DNA of 64,000 nucleotides, taken from the NCBI GenBank assembly GCA_012295275.1, contig CM022665.1:12338001-12402000 (forward strand). The letters are read 5' to 3'. Below the pieces are notes generated by a model. That model ran no database searches. It saw nothing but the letters and a program-made list of their open reading frames with translations, and had not been told where the DNA came from. The position numbers and the translations under genes were made by a program. Each line of letters begins with the position of its first letter. Within the stretch, counting starts at the first letter, position 1. This DNA comes from Chrysomallon squamiferum (lineage: Eukaryota > Animalia > Mollusca). Shown in pieces: positions 1-22,061 of this stretch.

Positions 1-83
1 ATGGTTTTACGACTGTGGGAATAATCTGAATTTGTAGCCTGATGGAATACGATATCGTGTAAACACGTAAGTAAGTGCGTATG

Positions 84-118
<35 letters not shown>

Positions 119-2163
119 ATTAAATTAAATTAAATTAAATTAAATTAAATTAAATTAAATTAAATTAAATTAAATTGATAAATAAATTAATTAATCAATT
201 AATTAATTTAGCTTAAGTAAAGCAATAAATAACTAAAATAACCAACAAACTAACTAAATAAATAAATATTAAATAATTAAATTAAATTAAACAAAACTAA
301 TCTAAATAAACATATTAATTAAATCAGTTAATTAATTTAATTTAAACAAAATAATAAATAACTCAAATAACTAACAAACTAAATAATAAATAAATAAATG
401 CATATATAAATAAATATAATACAAACTATAAGTTTAAAGTAATTAAATTAGAATAGTAAAAAATAATAAGAATAATAAAATAGCTAAGAAAAATAATAAG
501 TAAGTATTATTAATTAATTAATTATTAAAACAACAAAATCAAATAACTTTATGAATTAAACAGAACAGAAAAATATATAAATTTAAAAAAATACATGCTA
601 TAACATAACAACATAACATAACATGACAAATATATCATAACACGACAAACGTAATAACATAAAACATGATAAAAATAACATAACAACAAACACTATAAAA
701 TAATGTAATATAATGTGCATGCATTAATTTCTTTGTATGTGCGTACTGTAACCTTACATTCACTATCTAACAACGGCTGTTAAAACCTGTTTTCGACTCT
801 GAGTTCGAATCTTAAAGAGGATTAAACCGATACGGAATCGCCGTAACGAACAGAAATTTGGAAACGAGCAGACTGTACACTCTTTCAAAACGATAGGCCT
901 GTACATGAGATTAACGTTAGAAAGAAACCTGTTGAGAGTTGTAATATCACCTCTTATCTAATAAAAAGGACAGTGTCCTGTGAGAACGAAAGTAATTGGC
1001 AATGAAGTTAATTATCAGCTTTAATAAGCAAACATGCATAGGTTCATATGTACATAAGTACATGCATAAAATGTATTACATTCATACATCCATACATATA
1101 CATACAAGGTTAAATATATAAACTGCACAAAAAAACCAACCAACAAACAAACAAACAAACAAAAAAACCATAATATAAAATATAAAATTCAATAAAAAAA
1201 ATAAAGAAAAAAAAAAAAAAAATAAAAAACACATAATAGAAAACATAAAATTCAGTAAAAAATAAAATATAATAAAAACATTTTTTATACAAAAATTATT
1301 TTCGACTTTATGATACACATTTTTAAATTCTGACATTAAGTTCCAGACACTTTTAATATGTTGTGCAATAACGGAACGTGATTGAAGTATACCTAAAAGG
1401 TCACATAACGGTAAATGCTAAATGCAATAGAGAAGCTTTGTTGCGTAATCAGTATTTAATGAGAGGAAAATGGCTTAGCAGCAGAGCAGCGACAGGTCCT
1501 AGGATCAACCCACCTCGGTGTACGCTTTGTGTTACTCATGTACTGTACGGTTTGTTATACAGACAGTTCAATACACTTGACTGTCCTAGTAGGGCGAACA
1601 AGTGAGCAGAGTTGATAACATTCTGGAAGAAATAGGAAAGTATGAAAGGGTTTTAAGGTACGCTGAATATGAATTTAAAGGGGAACAAGCGATATGGATA
1701 AAGTTGTTAATAGTTCATAATTACAGTTATTTGTGGAAGGCCTGAAAAAATATTAATTGTTTTTGTTGTTGTTGTTTGTTTGTTTGTTTGTTTGTTTGCT
1801 TGTTGTTTGTTTTTAATAGCTAATATTAAAATGTGTTGCGATGCCATTAATTATGAATTCGTTCGTAATCTTGGACGTGTAATTCAGCTATGAATATGCT
1901 TATCAAAGGGGGGAAAAAAAATGTAGTGAAAAACTTAAATCATGTAATGTTAGAAAGTATTAAGAGAAAAACAAAGAAACAAATAAATAAGCAAGCAAAC
2001 AAACAAATCAAACAAATAAAAATAAAAATAAATAAATAGGAAATAGGACAAATAAAGAAGGCAGGAGAAAAAGAAAACAATTATCTATCGTCTATTTTGT
2101 TAATAATAAACAAAAAACTTTTGGAACACCGATGTAAATGAATTGCCGAGCGTGGTATCTGGT

Positions 2164-2370
2164 GACATTTCAAAATAGAATTCCTTTCCAACATCCTTTA
2201 TAACCGGCAACCGATCTTTCACAGTGAAAAAATTCACTTGTTTCTAATGAACAAATTTAGTGTTTTCCTTCCGTGAATATAAAAGGAAATACTTTTCAAG
2301 GTTGTTCTCTGCTTTTGATGTTGTTATTACTATTACTATAACTATTACTATTACTGTTATTATTATTATT
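2164..2370 (+). repeat. Left arm of about 200-bp inverted repeat (partner 4745-4951)
   Basis: aaatagaattcctttccaacatcc...caaggttgttctctgcttttgatgttgttattac is the reverse complement of the partner, with one mismatch seen in the unique core. Confidence 0.93.
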
Positions 2371-4718
2371 ATGATTATTATTATTATTATCATTATTATT
2401 ATTATTGTATTTTTTGGTATTGTTGCTGCTGTTAATGATAATGCTAATGTGTGCTTATACGTACATATGTCTGCATCTATTTATATATGTAGGACTGTGT
2501 GTGTGTGTGTGTGTGTGTAACAGTATACATGTATCCTGGGGATGCATGTATGTATCTGTGTACGTACGTACGTAAGTATAAATAAATATAAGTAGGTATG
2601 TATGTATATACGTATGTGTTTATTTGTATATGTTCCTATCATTTTTTTTTTTTTTTTTTTCTTTGTTTGTTGTTGTTGTTGTTTTTGCGCACACATATCC
2701 AAATATAATTGATATTAACTATGTAATGTTATTTTTAAAATATCAGATAAAAAAAAAAAAAAAAAAAATCGGCCATCGCCCGTTAATTCCATTTTAAGCA
2801 AGGCGGACGTTTCCGGAAGTTCTTGACACGATCTGTCGTCAAATACAGCGAAGTGCTGTTCAAACTGACAAAGTGGTCAGTTAACTGTTTGAGATAAATG
2901 TGGAGCATGTACGTGCTGGTGTGGAAACCACAAAACAGTCGACGTTTTCACAGTTATTGAATTAAAGTTTTCGCAGCTGATAAGTTGATATCCTGACGAA
3001 AGAACTATGGGATAATTTGTGACATCATTGAAAGACTGTCTCTCCTTATTTTTATTTTTTTTTTTTTATTATTATTATTATTTTTTTAATTTAATTTTAA
3101 TATTATTAATATTAAAACTGCACATGTTTGATATAGTGGTCTGATGTTCAGGACAGGTATAATTAATGAAATCTTACTCAGAAATAAGTTCAAGCTTTAA
3201 GTCCGTGAAGTCAACAAACTACGATTTCCAGTATTTGTGATTTAAAGAAATAATGTGGTCTTTACCGTGAGAACATTTTTCAGTCTACATACTTCAAGTT
3301 TTTTATATTTATTTTATTTTATTTTATTTATTTATTTATTTATTTCGGATCAGTCGTAATAAGGAACCGTAACAACAATAAAAAATAATTGCACGCTGCC
3401 ATTTTCTTTTAGTGGTGAAACGTGCATCTGTGACTGCAGGGGAATAATAATAATAATAATAATAATAATCAGTCCGCCGTATACACGATGATGTATAAGT
3501 GTCATTTTATTATCATAGTATATTATGAACGATGACAGATTGTTCAAATCAAACAAAATAATAATTTGTAAATATACCAATGTTTTGTACCGCCATGGAC
3601 ACATTTAACACGGTTATATATCATTACAACTGACTATGACTGTAGCATACTTTTAATAATGGGTTTTCTGGAATAATATGTCAATTAATTTTCATTTTTA
3701 ATTACCTTAGAAATGGATAAAAAATAACATTTCGCTACGGGTGAATTATTAAAGATTCTAAAATATTTTGCACATCTTTTTAACCAAAATCTAATTAAGT
3801 TATAATCTTAGACTTTAAATTTTGATTTTAATTATTATTATTATTATTATTAAGATCTTTCTGTTTCATTCGCACATGTTTAAAAATTACGTTCTAGTGT
3901 GGGTGTTTGCGACCCACTAAAACGTGTGTAACGTGACTGGTGGCGTGGATTCACAGATAATAATTCCACTTCAGCTAGAAAATGATCAAATTTAATTTCG
4001 ATTTGTGTAACTAAGCATCTGCTGTATCCTCTTCTCTGATAACGCTGGGTTCGGCAGTTTCCGGAGGTAACGACTCGGATACGCACGCAGTTCTCGTAAA
4101 AATCAGAAGCGTGTCGTAGTTTAGATAGCGGGAGTGGATTTAGAAAGAACAGAGAGCGTTAACTGTGAATTACTGAGAAACAGCAAAACGATTTCATCAT
4201 TGGAAATGAAGATGTGAATTAGGTTTTCTGATTATGAGTGACTATGAAAGATTTAATGACGAAATGAATATTCAACTGCGCGGTCTGTGTGTGTATCAGC
4301 AGAATTAGACCATTCATAGGGTTTATTAAATCTTTGAAAAAGACAAACAAAAAATTAAAAAAAATTAAAAAACGGTAAAAAAAAAAAAAAGGTTACACTT
4401 GTCCAATAACAGCATTCGTAAATCAGCAATTTATATTTCTTTAAAGAGTTTACAGTTACAGACTAAATGCAAAACGAAAATAAAAGTAGAGGGCAGTCGT
4501 ACGTGTATGTTGCCGATACGAAACGAATCCTGTTTTAACACGCAAGCCTGCAGTTCATTTGTCACTCTGAATGACATTTACTGTCAGTTACCTAAAACTG
4601 GTTACTGTATTTAAATCCCAGCAAAATAACAACATTATGGACCTATCCAGTAATTGAGAAAAGAGTTCCTTTGTACTGACTGTTACAAATTTCCAGTAAG
4701 ATTAAATACAACAACAAC

Positions 4719-4744
<26 letters not shown>

Positions 4745-4761
<17 letters not shown>

Positions 4762-4951
4762 GTAATAGTAATAGTTATAGTAATAGTAATAACAACATCA
4801 AAAGCAGAGAACAACCTTGAAAAGTATTTCCTTTTATATTCACGGAAGGAAAACACTAAATTTGTTCATTAGAAACAAGTGAATTTTTTCACTGTGAAAG
4901 ATCGGTTGCCGGATATAAAGGATGTTGGAAAGGAATTCTATTTATAATGTC
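4745..4951 (-). repeat. Right arm of about 200-bp inverted repeat (partner 2164-2370)
   Basis: Direct reverse-complement comparison. Confidence 0.93.
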
Positions 4952-5367
4952 TTAAGTATATTTTATCTTACACTTTATAACAGTTGAATAATCACGGGTA
5001 AATACAGAAGTGAACAAATAAAATGTATTTTAAAATTTTAATAATAAGTTATATTTTTTATTCATATATACAAAGTGCTCATATTAAGAAAAATATACAT
5101 ATATACAGTATTTACGAATTCACTGGGTTTTTTTCAATATTTTTTTTACAGAAAAATACATTTTTTTACGTCATTTTATTAATAATTTTATATATTTTTA
5201 ATTTTCTTTTTTATTTATTATCATTATATATATATATTTTTTTATTATTTATTTATTTTTTTTTTTTTTCGCAATTTTTTCCATGACATATTTTCCTTGG
5301 ATAACCATTTTCTTTTCTTTTCTTTTCCTCTTCCTTTCTTTTTTAAGTGTCTGTGTTATTTTCTTGG

Positions 5368-5373
5368 TTTATT
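5368..5373 (-). promoter_or_regulatory. Candidate polyadenylation signal (AATAAA) of ACCS-like gene
   Basis: First AATAAA I found on the minus strand after the stop (about 230 nt downstream); the hexamer is common in AT-rich DNA. Confidence 0.3.
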
Positions 5374-5385
5374 TTATAATTAGAA

Positions 5386-5419
<34 letters not shown>

Positions 5420-5600
5420 AAAATAGATGTCACATGAAGAATACTCTTTTTACTTCGAAATGTAGTTCTGAATAATGATAATAATAATAATAATGATGAT
5501 GATAATTACTGTTCGGGCAGCTAGTACCATAGTCTCCTATTTTCGTGAGTCTCCTGTTTTCGATTGTTCAAATTTTGTTCCAAGGATTACATTTCAGTTG

Positions 5601-13693
<8,093 letters not shown>

Positions 13694-13704
13694 CGTGAAC
13701 TGAA

Positions 13705-13737
<33 letters not shown>

Positions 13738-13779
13738 ACAACAACAACAACAACAGCAATAATAATAATAACCACAACA

Positions 13780-13824
<45 letters not shown>

Positions 13825-14279
13825 TCTTTAATAAATAACTAAACTGATAAAATAACCGTTTTACCCCGTTATAGCTCATTAAAAGATATCAGAAATGACT
13901 TACAAAGCGTCACACGTACTATATAGATATATCTATATATATATATATATAGCGCTAGACAACTAGAGCAATAACATTGTGAGACGTGGGCTACGTGCGT
14001 CCGTTCAATGAACTACGTTGTGTCCGTAAATTAGGTGAGACGATGGCTCTCTTATTTCAGTTATTTTTCAAGTAATAACAAACAGCGCAAATGAAAATAG
14101 GGCGATCTTGGCGTAAACCGTTGCTCTTTTAAAGTGCAAAGAACTCCATAGGTGACTGTTGTTGTTCTTTCTGCGATTTATGTGACATTATTATCTTTGG
14201 TATTCTTCTTCTTGTTGTTGTTGTTATGTTCTGTGCGTTGTTATCTTGCGATTATAATTTGCGTCATTGTTTGTTTGCT

Positions 14280-14650
14280 GTTATTATTCAGTTTATTGTT
14301 GTTGTTATTGTTATCATTATTAATATTACTGTTATTATTATTGTTATTATTGTTGTTGTTGTTATTGTCATTATTATTGTTATTATTATTAATGTTATTA
14401 TTATTATTGTTATTATTATTAATGTTATTATTATTATTATTGTTATTATTAATGTTATTATTATTATTATTGTTATTATTATTATTACGATTATTAATGT
14501 TATTATTAGTATTATCATTTGTAGTAGTAGTAGTAGTGGTAGCAGCAGCAGTTATAGTAGTAGTAATAATAATAGTAGTAATAGTACCAATAGTAGCAGT
14601 AGTAGTAGTACTAGTAGAAATATAGTCCTGGTCGTTGTAGTAGTAATAAT
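14280..14650. repeat. (ATT/GTT)n then (AGT)n compound trinucleotide tract
   Basis: Seen directly; explains poly-L/I ORFs. Confidence 0.95.
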
Positions 14651-16269
14651 AGGACGTTGTCGTAATCGATGTGCTAAGCGTAGGTTTACGATTATAGGAT
14701 TATAGTATCATTATTATTAGTAGTTTGGTGGTTATCATTATTTGTTTATTTTATTTTATTTTATTTTATTTTATTTTATATTATTTATTTATTTACTACT
14801 ACTACTACTACTACTACTACTGCTGCTGCTACTATTAATACTAATACTAATACTACTTCTACTACTACTACTACTACTATTATTATTAGATTTATTTTTA
14901 CTTCTACTAGGATGACAGTATCTATAGACAGACACACAGACAGACAGACAGAGCCAGCAAGTCTATGCCCATTACTCATACGTGCCAATAGTCATATACC
15001 CAGTAGTGATACAGTCAGAGAGGCAGTCAGGCGGAACACTGGGCTGTGCACACCTGTGCTTAACTAGAAGTGCTCCAGAGCACAACAGCTTGGTGGACTG
15101 TGTTAGTAAATTACTAATGAAAAACATGTTTTGATCACTGTGTGCATACATTAAATACACAGATGTTCAAAGCGTATCGAAGGAATGCATCCGAAAATGT
15201 CAGAGAAAACAGAAAAGAAAGAAAGAAAGAAAAGAAAGAAAAGAAAGAAACGAAGGAAGGAAGGAAGAAAGAAAGAAAGAAAAAAAAAGCCAGCTTAAAA
15301 ATAAACTTCGTAATAAAACTGAACTGAGGGTGAGACACGGGAAGGGAAACATTTAGTCTCTGTAGATGAAATGAAAGCAGCAAAAACAAAAGAAGGAAAA
15401 GTTAATAATTTAAACCCTTACCTATATCAGATCCGGCCCTCGAATGTATTAGACAAAGACCTATCTGAACAAGCCGTACTAGATTTTAACACAGGTTACT
15501 TAATTAATATACTGATGACGATATGCTATTGTTGACGTCATAACGCCGTTAATTTGCATTTCACGATGAAAATAACAATAACAATCCACTAACTGTTAAT
15601 GAAGGTATTTTCTGTATTTATCTGTTAATTTTTATTTATTTATTTATTTATTTATTTATATATTTATATATTTATTATTGTCTTTAGTGTGTTTTATTTA
15701 TGTTTCTAATTTTTTATTATTACGACTGTTTGTGAGTTTGTGTGTGTCTAATATTGTTTTTCCTTCTTTTTCTTTTGATTTCATTTTAATGTTCATTTTT
15801 CTTATTTATTTATATATGTATTTATTATTCTTTTTGTTGTTCTTCTTCTTTTTTAAACGTTTCTAAAAGTTAATAATAAGTTTGTAGAGTAGACAGTTTT
15901 TTATTGAACAAAAGTTCAGTTGGTACTGAATTACGAAGAAAAATTAACTACTCAACACTGAAGGATGTATAGTGTTTATATCTAATGATTAATATTTATT
16001 AATATTTTACTCTGTGCGTGTACGTACATGTGTGTTTGTGTGTATATCTGTATTGTTTTTGTGTAGGTGTATGGACTTACATTATGAATGTTTGTGTTTA
16101 TTTTAAGGAGCATTAACAGACGTTAATAAAACTGTGTTGGGTATTTTAGAATTATCGCCCTTAATACATTTATCTTTCCTATTGCAAACCTGATAATACT
16201 GTGTTAACTAAAAATTCGACGTGAAAAACAAAATACTACTACTACTACTACTACTACTACTACCACTGC

Positions 16270-16307
<38 letters not shown>

Positions 16308-16658
16308 GTAATAATAACAACAACAACAACAACAACAACAACAGAATCAGTTAGTAAGAAAAACAATATAGAACAGTTCAGTAATAAACTTGAGTTAACA
16401 GTATTTAGGAAACAGCTGTGTCTAGCGAGATTTTATTAACTTCAGTCCAGACGGATATCAAACTGACATGCGTCCCAAATTAAAGAAATGTTCCAACTGG
16501 AAAATATTATGAAAAACAAAATGTCAGATACACGTGGTGCAGACAGATGACTTTCTGCTAAGTATCACGTTAAAACTTCCCTCATTACTCGAGTAACTGG
16601 AATCTAGCCCAAATAACATGTTCTTCGCGTCAACACAAGCATATTGTGTATGTGATGG

Positions 16659-16739
<81 letters not shown>

Positions 16740-17440
16740 GAATTATATACTTTTTTTAACACTAAATAAAGTGAAATGTGATAAGATACTGAAATATTAT
16801 GTAATTACATCAGTGTGTCTAGAGAACACACAGAGCATTTCTCCATTAGTGTGGTACAAAAGGGTCTTTTCATTTGCTAACCATGGGCTTAGACAACACA
16901 GCAAATACCACAGCCTTTTATAAATCAATGGTGAGACACAAGTTAATATCAAACTGTTGATTTTTTGTGTTTTTTTGAAGGTGTTTTTTTGTAATCTAAG
17001 AGTTAATAATAATAAGAAGAAGAAGAAGAAGAAGAAACCCCAAGGAACAGCAACAATAATAAATCTTATTGTCGTTAATATTATCATCATCATCGGACAT
17101 TACTCGGGATCAAACTGTTTTGTTTGTAATCTAAGAGTTATAATAATAATAATAATAATAATAATAAGAAGAAGAAGAAGAAGAAGAACGATAATAATAA
17201 TTATAATAATAATAATAACGATAATAATAATTATTATAATAATAACAACAACAACAACAACAACAACAACAATAACAATAACAGTAATAATCTGTTACGT
17301 TTAGTTTCTCAGAGCAATAATCGTGATCCAGTGGCAGTCTTCTTAATCAGTTTTGTCATACTAGACAAACTTTAATAACTAGTTCTAAATATACACCTGG
17401 AAATGCTTCCTTAGATTCGTGTTTTCAAGACAGTAAAATT

Positions 17441-17530
17441 TTCAAATCGTATTTGACACGGAATATTCTCAAATCATATCTGATACGGAATATTCTCAAA
17501 TCATATTTGATGTACGGAATAAATTCAAAT
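17441..17530. repeat. 27-bp tandem repeat x~3
   Basis: acggaatattctcaaatcatat(c/t)tgat repeated. Confidence 0.8.
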
Positions 17531-18906
17531 AACGTGATAAGAACTGCGTTCACGGTTAACACAGATTTATCTGTCTAGTTCAGGATCACTGTTATATTAA
17601 TTCTGACCTTTTGAATGTTTTCACTGTTGAATAATAAACAAACAGCGTCTTGGAGTCTACGTTAACCTACAAACAAAGCGTTAATTTGTTAAAATGACAG
17701 TTTGTAAATTGGTGTTAAGATCTGGGGCCGTCCTAAAAATGAATTATTTAGATAGTAATTAGAGAGGTAATTAGGAGGTAAGGCGCTTAGATTATTATAT
17801 TTATTTATTTAATTAATTATTTATTTATTTATTGCTATTGTTGTTGCTGCTGCTGTTGTTGTTATTATTACAGTTATTACTGTTAACTTTTTGCTTCTAA
17901 TCTTCTTCCTCTTCTTTTGATTATCATCATCATCATTATCATTAGTATTATTATTACCATTATCATTATTATTTTATCATCATCATCATGATTACCATTA
18001 TTATCATTATCATCATCGTCATCATCATTATCATCATCATCATTATTATTGTTATTATTAATTATTAATTATTATTTTAGAGATTACAATTTATGTACTT
18101 ATTTAATTAAAACCAAACAATTCTTAAGCCATTTTCTTTCATTTTTTTAATTGCCATTAAAAATCTTGTTAATATCTTTAAGACTGCTGATAGAAATAAT
18201 CAGAAGGTGAAGAAAACACTCCCTTTTAGCGCCAGTAAAAAATGTTTCCTGTTATCTGAAAGGCCGAAGGACAGCATACTATTTTACCATTTGTCCAGAA
18301 CGAAAAACATATTTTTCTCATAACGAACAGCGAATAATGAAATTATATTTTCTATTAGATTCTAAGACTCTGAGCATCGCCGTGCTGAAAGAAAGTTTTG
18401 TCCCCCCCCCCCAGTTTGCGTGGGTGTCCATTTGCGTTGATTGAACAGTTATGGTGTCACGCCGGTAATCAAATCGCGGTGAAGGTCCATCTACAATTCA
18501 CGGATCCTGTGCGCAGGTCATTACCATCATTAAAGATACAACACCGCTCGTAGGTGTGAAAACGGTACTGTTACAATCTCCTTAACCGTTATATCTTTAT
18601 ACAGCTATGTCGTCATTTGTATAAAGAAGATTTTAGCCCAGCTTCCGATGGATCTAGAATCTGACCAAAAGAAAAACAAATTTGCTGATGAAATTGACGA
18701 AGCGTACTCGTGTCAAATGTCTTCCGGAAGCTATCTGAAAGCGAGAAATTATAATTAAGTGAACAGAGGCACAGTGAATGTGATGCACACGCTATATCAG
18801 TATTAATGCACCTGTCTAATGTTAAAGCAGTAAAGAATTAAAACTTAATAAGTGTTTTTGTGTTGTAAGCTGAATGGGGTTTTGCAAAAGCTGTAAGAGT
18901 AAATAT

Positions 18907-18984
<78 letters not shown>

Positions 18985-19009
18985 ACTTTCTCTCTGTCTC
19001 TCTTTCTTT

Positions 19010-19098
<89 letters not shown>

Positions 19099-19102
<4 letters not shown>

Positions 19103-19317
19103 CACACTCACACAAGAAACACAAATGAATGTTGATAAATTTGATTTACTTCATGGGACGGAAACAAGAAATCATTTTAATGTGAAGTCCTGGGTGTGAT
19201 TGTAGACGCATGGTATAGCGTTTCCTTTTCATGCATTAAGTCACATTAATGTTATCTGAACATGGATTATGTAATAAAAGACACACTATTTGACTAATGG
19301 CTCTTTAGAAATATATT
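19099..19317 (+). repeat. About 220-bp dispersed repeat attached to (CT)n; inverted copy at 41902-42115
   Basis: Near-identical to the reverse complement of 41902-42115 apart from a few substitutions and one short indel. Confidence 0.93.
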
Positions 19318-19940
19318 GCGTCTACCGAGAGTTAATGCAAACCGTTTAAATTTTAAAAGAAACCGAAATGTTTTCAAAACAGATTCTAAAAATAAAAAAC
19401 AACAACAAACCAACATTGCTCTAAATAAATTTAATTTTTTTTTTCTTCTGCAAAGCAGAATCCAACAATTTTATAAAACGAAATGCGAAATTACAAGAAC
19501 TTTTCAGTAAATGATTGAGAACTACAAATTTGTTATATAACACGCAGTTGTTGGCAAAATAAAATGCCTTTGCAGAAAAAAAAGCATTGAAATTTTATTA
19601 TCAGATTTTTCAGAATGTTATTTCTGCAATTCACGTTAGTGCAGATTGTGCTGCCCAAGCTTTTGAAGTCAAGTTGTCAGTTTCTAAGGTTAAGTATCTC
19701 TAAACATGATGGATATTGTCTTCTTTAGACCCAGCTCTGATGAAGGATGGAACGGTTTATATAGTGCATCTGTTAGCGGAGAGAAACTCCAAGAGGTAGA
19801 TGAAAATCATTAGTTGTTTGAAGGCTGATTATAATATGTTATATTAATTACAATTATAATTCACGATGAAGATAGTAAAATTAAGGTGACAAATCTACAT
19901 GGACAGGATTGAACAGAAATGATATATTTGGATTGCTGTT

Positions 19941-20018
<78 letters not shown>

Positions 20019-21476
20019 TCTCTCTCTGTCTCTCTCTCTCTGATTAGGTGTGAGTTTGTTGTGTGTGTGTAAGTGTTACGAAACTGAAAATGTAGAAAGA
20101 AGTAAAGAAATATGTAGACAGATGTTCCCAACATTTAACTGGCAGCGCAAAGTCTGGACAAATAAATGACTAGTTTATTTTATTGAATGTTCCTTATTGG
20201 CGTCCTAATGTGATTAACTTTACCTTCTATATTTGTATTCAATGTTGTTAAGGTGAAGTGAATTATTGGATACGCTTTTAGTGTATTCGTTTCGAAACTT
20301 GATAAAACTTTCAAGACTCGTTCACAGAGAACCAAAAGTCGATGTTCTTCACTCTGCTCTGATAGTTTCAGCCATTTGACGGCACAAATAAAATAAAACA
20401 AAAACAAAACTAAACTGGCTTCGCAGACATTTTAAATTCTGCCTTATTACATTATTATGAAAGCTCTGTGCTACAAATAAAACAGCCACAGTTTACACAC
20501 TTCTAAATGACTGTTTTATTCGTTAATGGATCGGGTCTTTGTTAATAATAATGCGTAACAATATTATGCCAATCCCATGAGTAAGTGCGCTTGTTTTATG
20601 ACATCACTTCGTATAAATAAATTAATAAAAATGTTTGTTTTTTATAAATACCAAAATAAATAATACAATTTTGCAGTGATGAAGATAAATAATCAAAAGT
20701 TACTAATTCATTGGATGTATCTATATATCTATCAGATATTTCTTTTTTTTTTCCCTGTTTTTCTTTTTTCTTTCTTTCTTTGACGTCATAACGGAAGAAA
20801 AAATGCTGACTCCAAGTATAATCATCAGCTTATTATGTTTTTTGTAATATTTAAAAAAAAAAAAAAAAAAAAAATAACAAACCTGCAAGAACATATTTAA
20901 ATAATATATAAGAAAGATATAACATTTTTTTGTCTATGGTATCTCAAGAACTCTTTAAACACTGGTTTATTCTGAAACAAAACTGAAAGGGATGTTGGAG
21001 TAGTTCTGTCCCTGGGTTTATTTTCATCTTCATAGTAAAGCTATTCATTACATTTTTAGCAACTATATTACTTTGCACATTAACGTTACCAAATTATATT
21101 GCTAAAACGCTTGACGACTAAATAATTATTTTCTTATAATTATACACTAAACATTCCAAAATTCTGTTTGATCTTGCGCAGGTGATAATGATCAAAGTGG
21201 TTGACTAGTATAATGCGAAGTATTGAGGCATTTTGTGACTAAATACCCGATCGTTAAACTGAATAGCTTTTGACATAAACCTTCTACAAGATTCCCTATT
21301 TCAGAGTTAGCTTATAATTTCGAAATACTGCAATAATTCCTGGGGAAAATTATTTCAGTGCGTTGTGTTTTAATATGCATTTGTGACTTCAGGCTTTTCC
21401 AAATATACTGTAGGAATATTCCTTAATTGGGATGAAGCGAAAGTATGTCTTACAATCTTAACAAATGTATTGCTAT

Positions 21477-21516
<40 letters not shown>

Positions 21517-21978
21517 ATTGCCTAGACACATTGGTATTCATGGCAATAAGAAGCAATTTTTGGTTATCAGCTACGTCTTGAATTTAGCTTATGTCAGTGA
21601 CTTGCAGTTGTTAATGGGTTCAGTGTAATCTTTATTTCATATTAATAATTTCCCTGCGGCGGTTTATGTAAAATTCATGTTGTTTTTTGGTTGGGTTTTT
21701 TTTTTTTTTGTGTGTGTGGTGTTGTTTTGTTGTTGTGAATATGGAAAAATCTCTTGTTACTGACAATTCCCTTTTCATTTCATCATTATGTTAAAGAAAT
21801 TCTGCAGTTTTAATAACCGCTGACAGAACAGTGTATTTTGTTACTATTAGAGCAACAACGGCTACCAGCAGTATTAGAACTGCATAGGTTATCTTTTACA
21901 CGTAATAACTATTATGAAAAATATATAATTTTAAAAAACAACAACAAACAAAACTGAGTCTAAAAGTTTAAACCCTGT

Positions 21979-22061
<83 letters not shown>

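Noticed and set aside
1-76. ATG at position 1 and gtaagt donor-like site
   Set aside because: Stops in all three plus frames within 45 nt; a coding exon cannot be supported.
13898-13903. Candidate donor of an ACCS-like 5'UTR exon (another near 15420)
   Set aside because: An upstream exon is likely, but I cannot choose among candidate donors from sequence alone.
14152-14705. Poly-Leu/Ile hydrophobic ORFs
   Set aside because: Trinucleotide microsatellites open in several frames.
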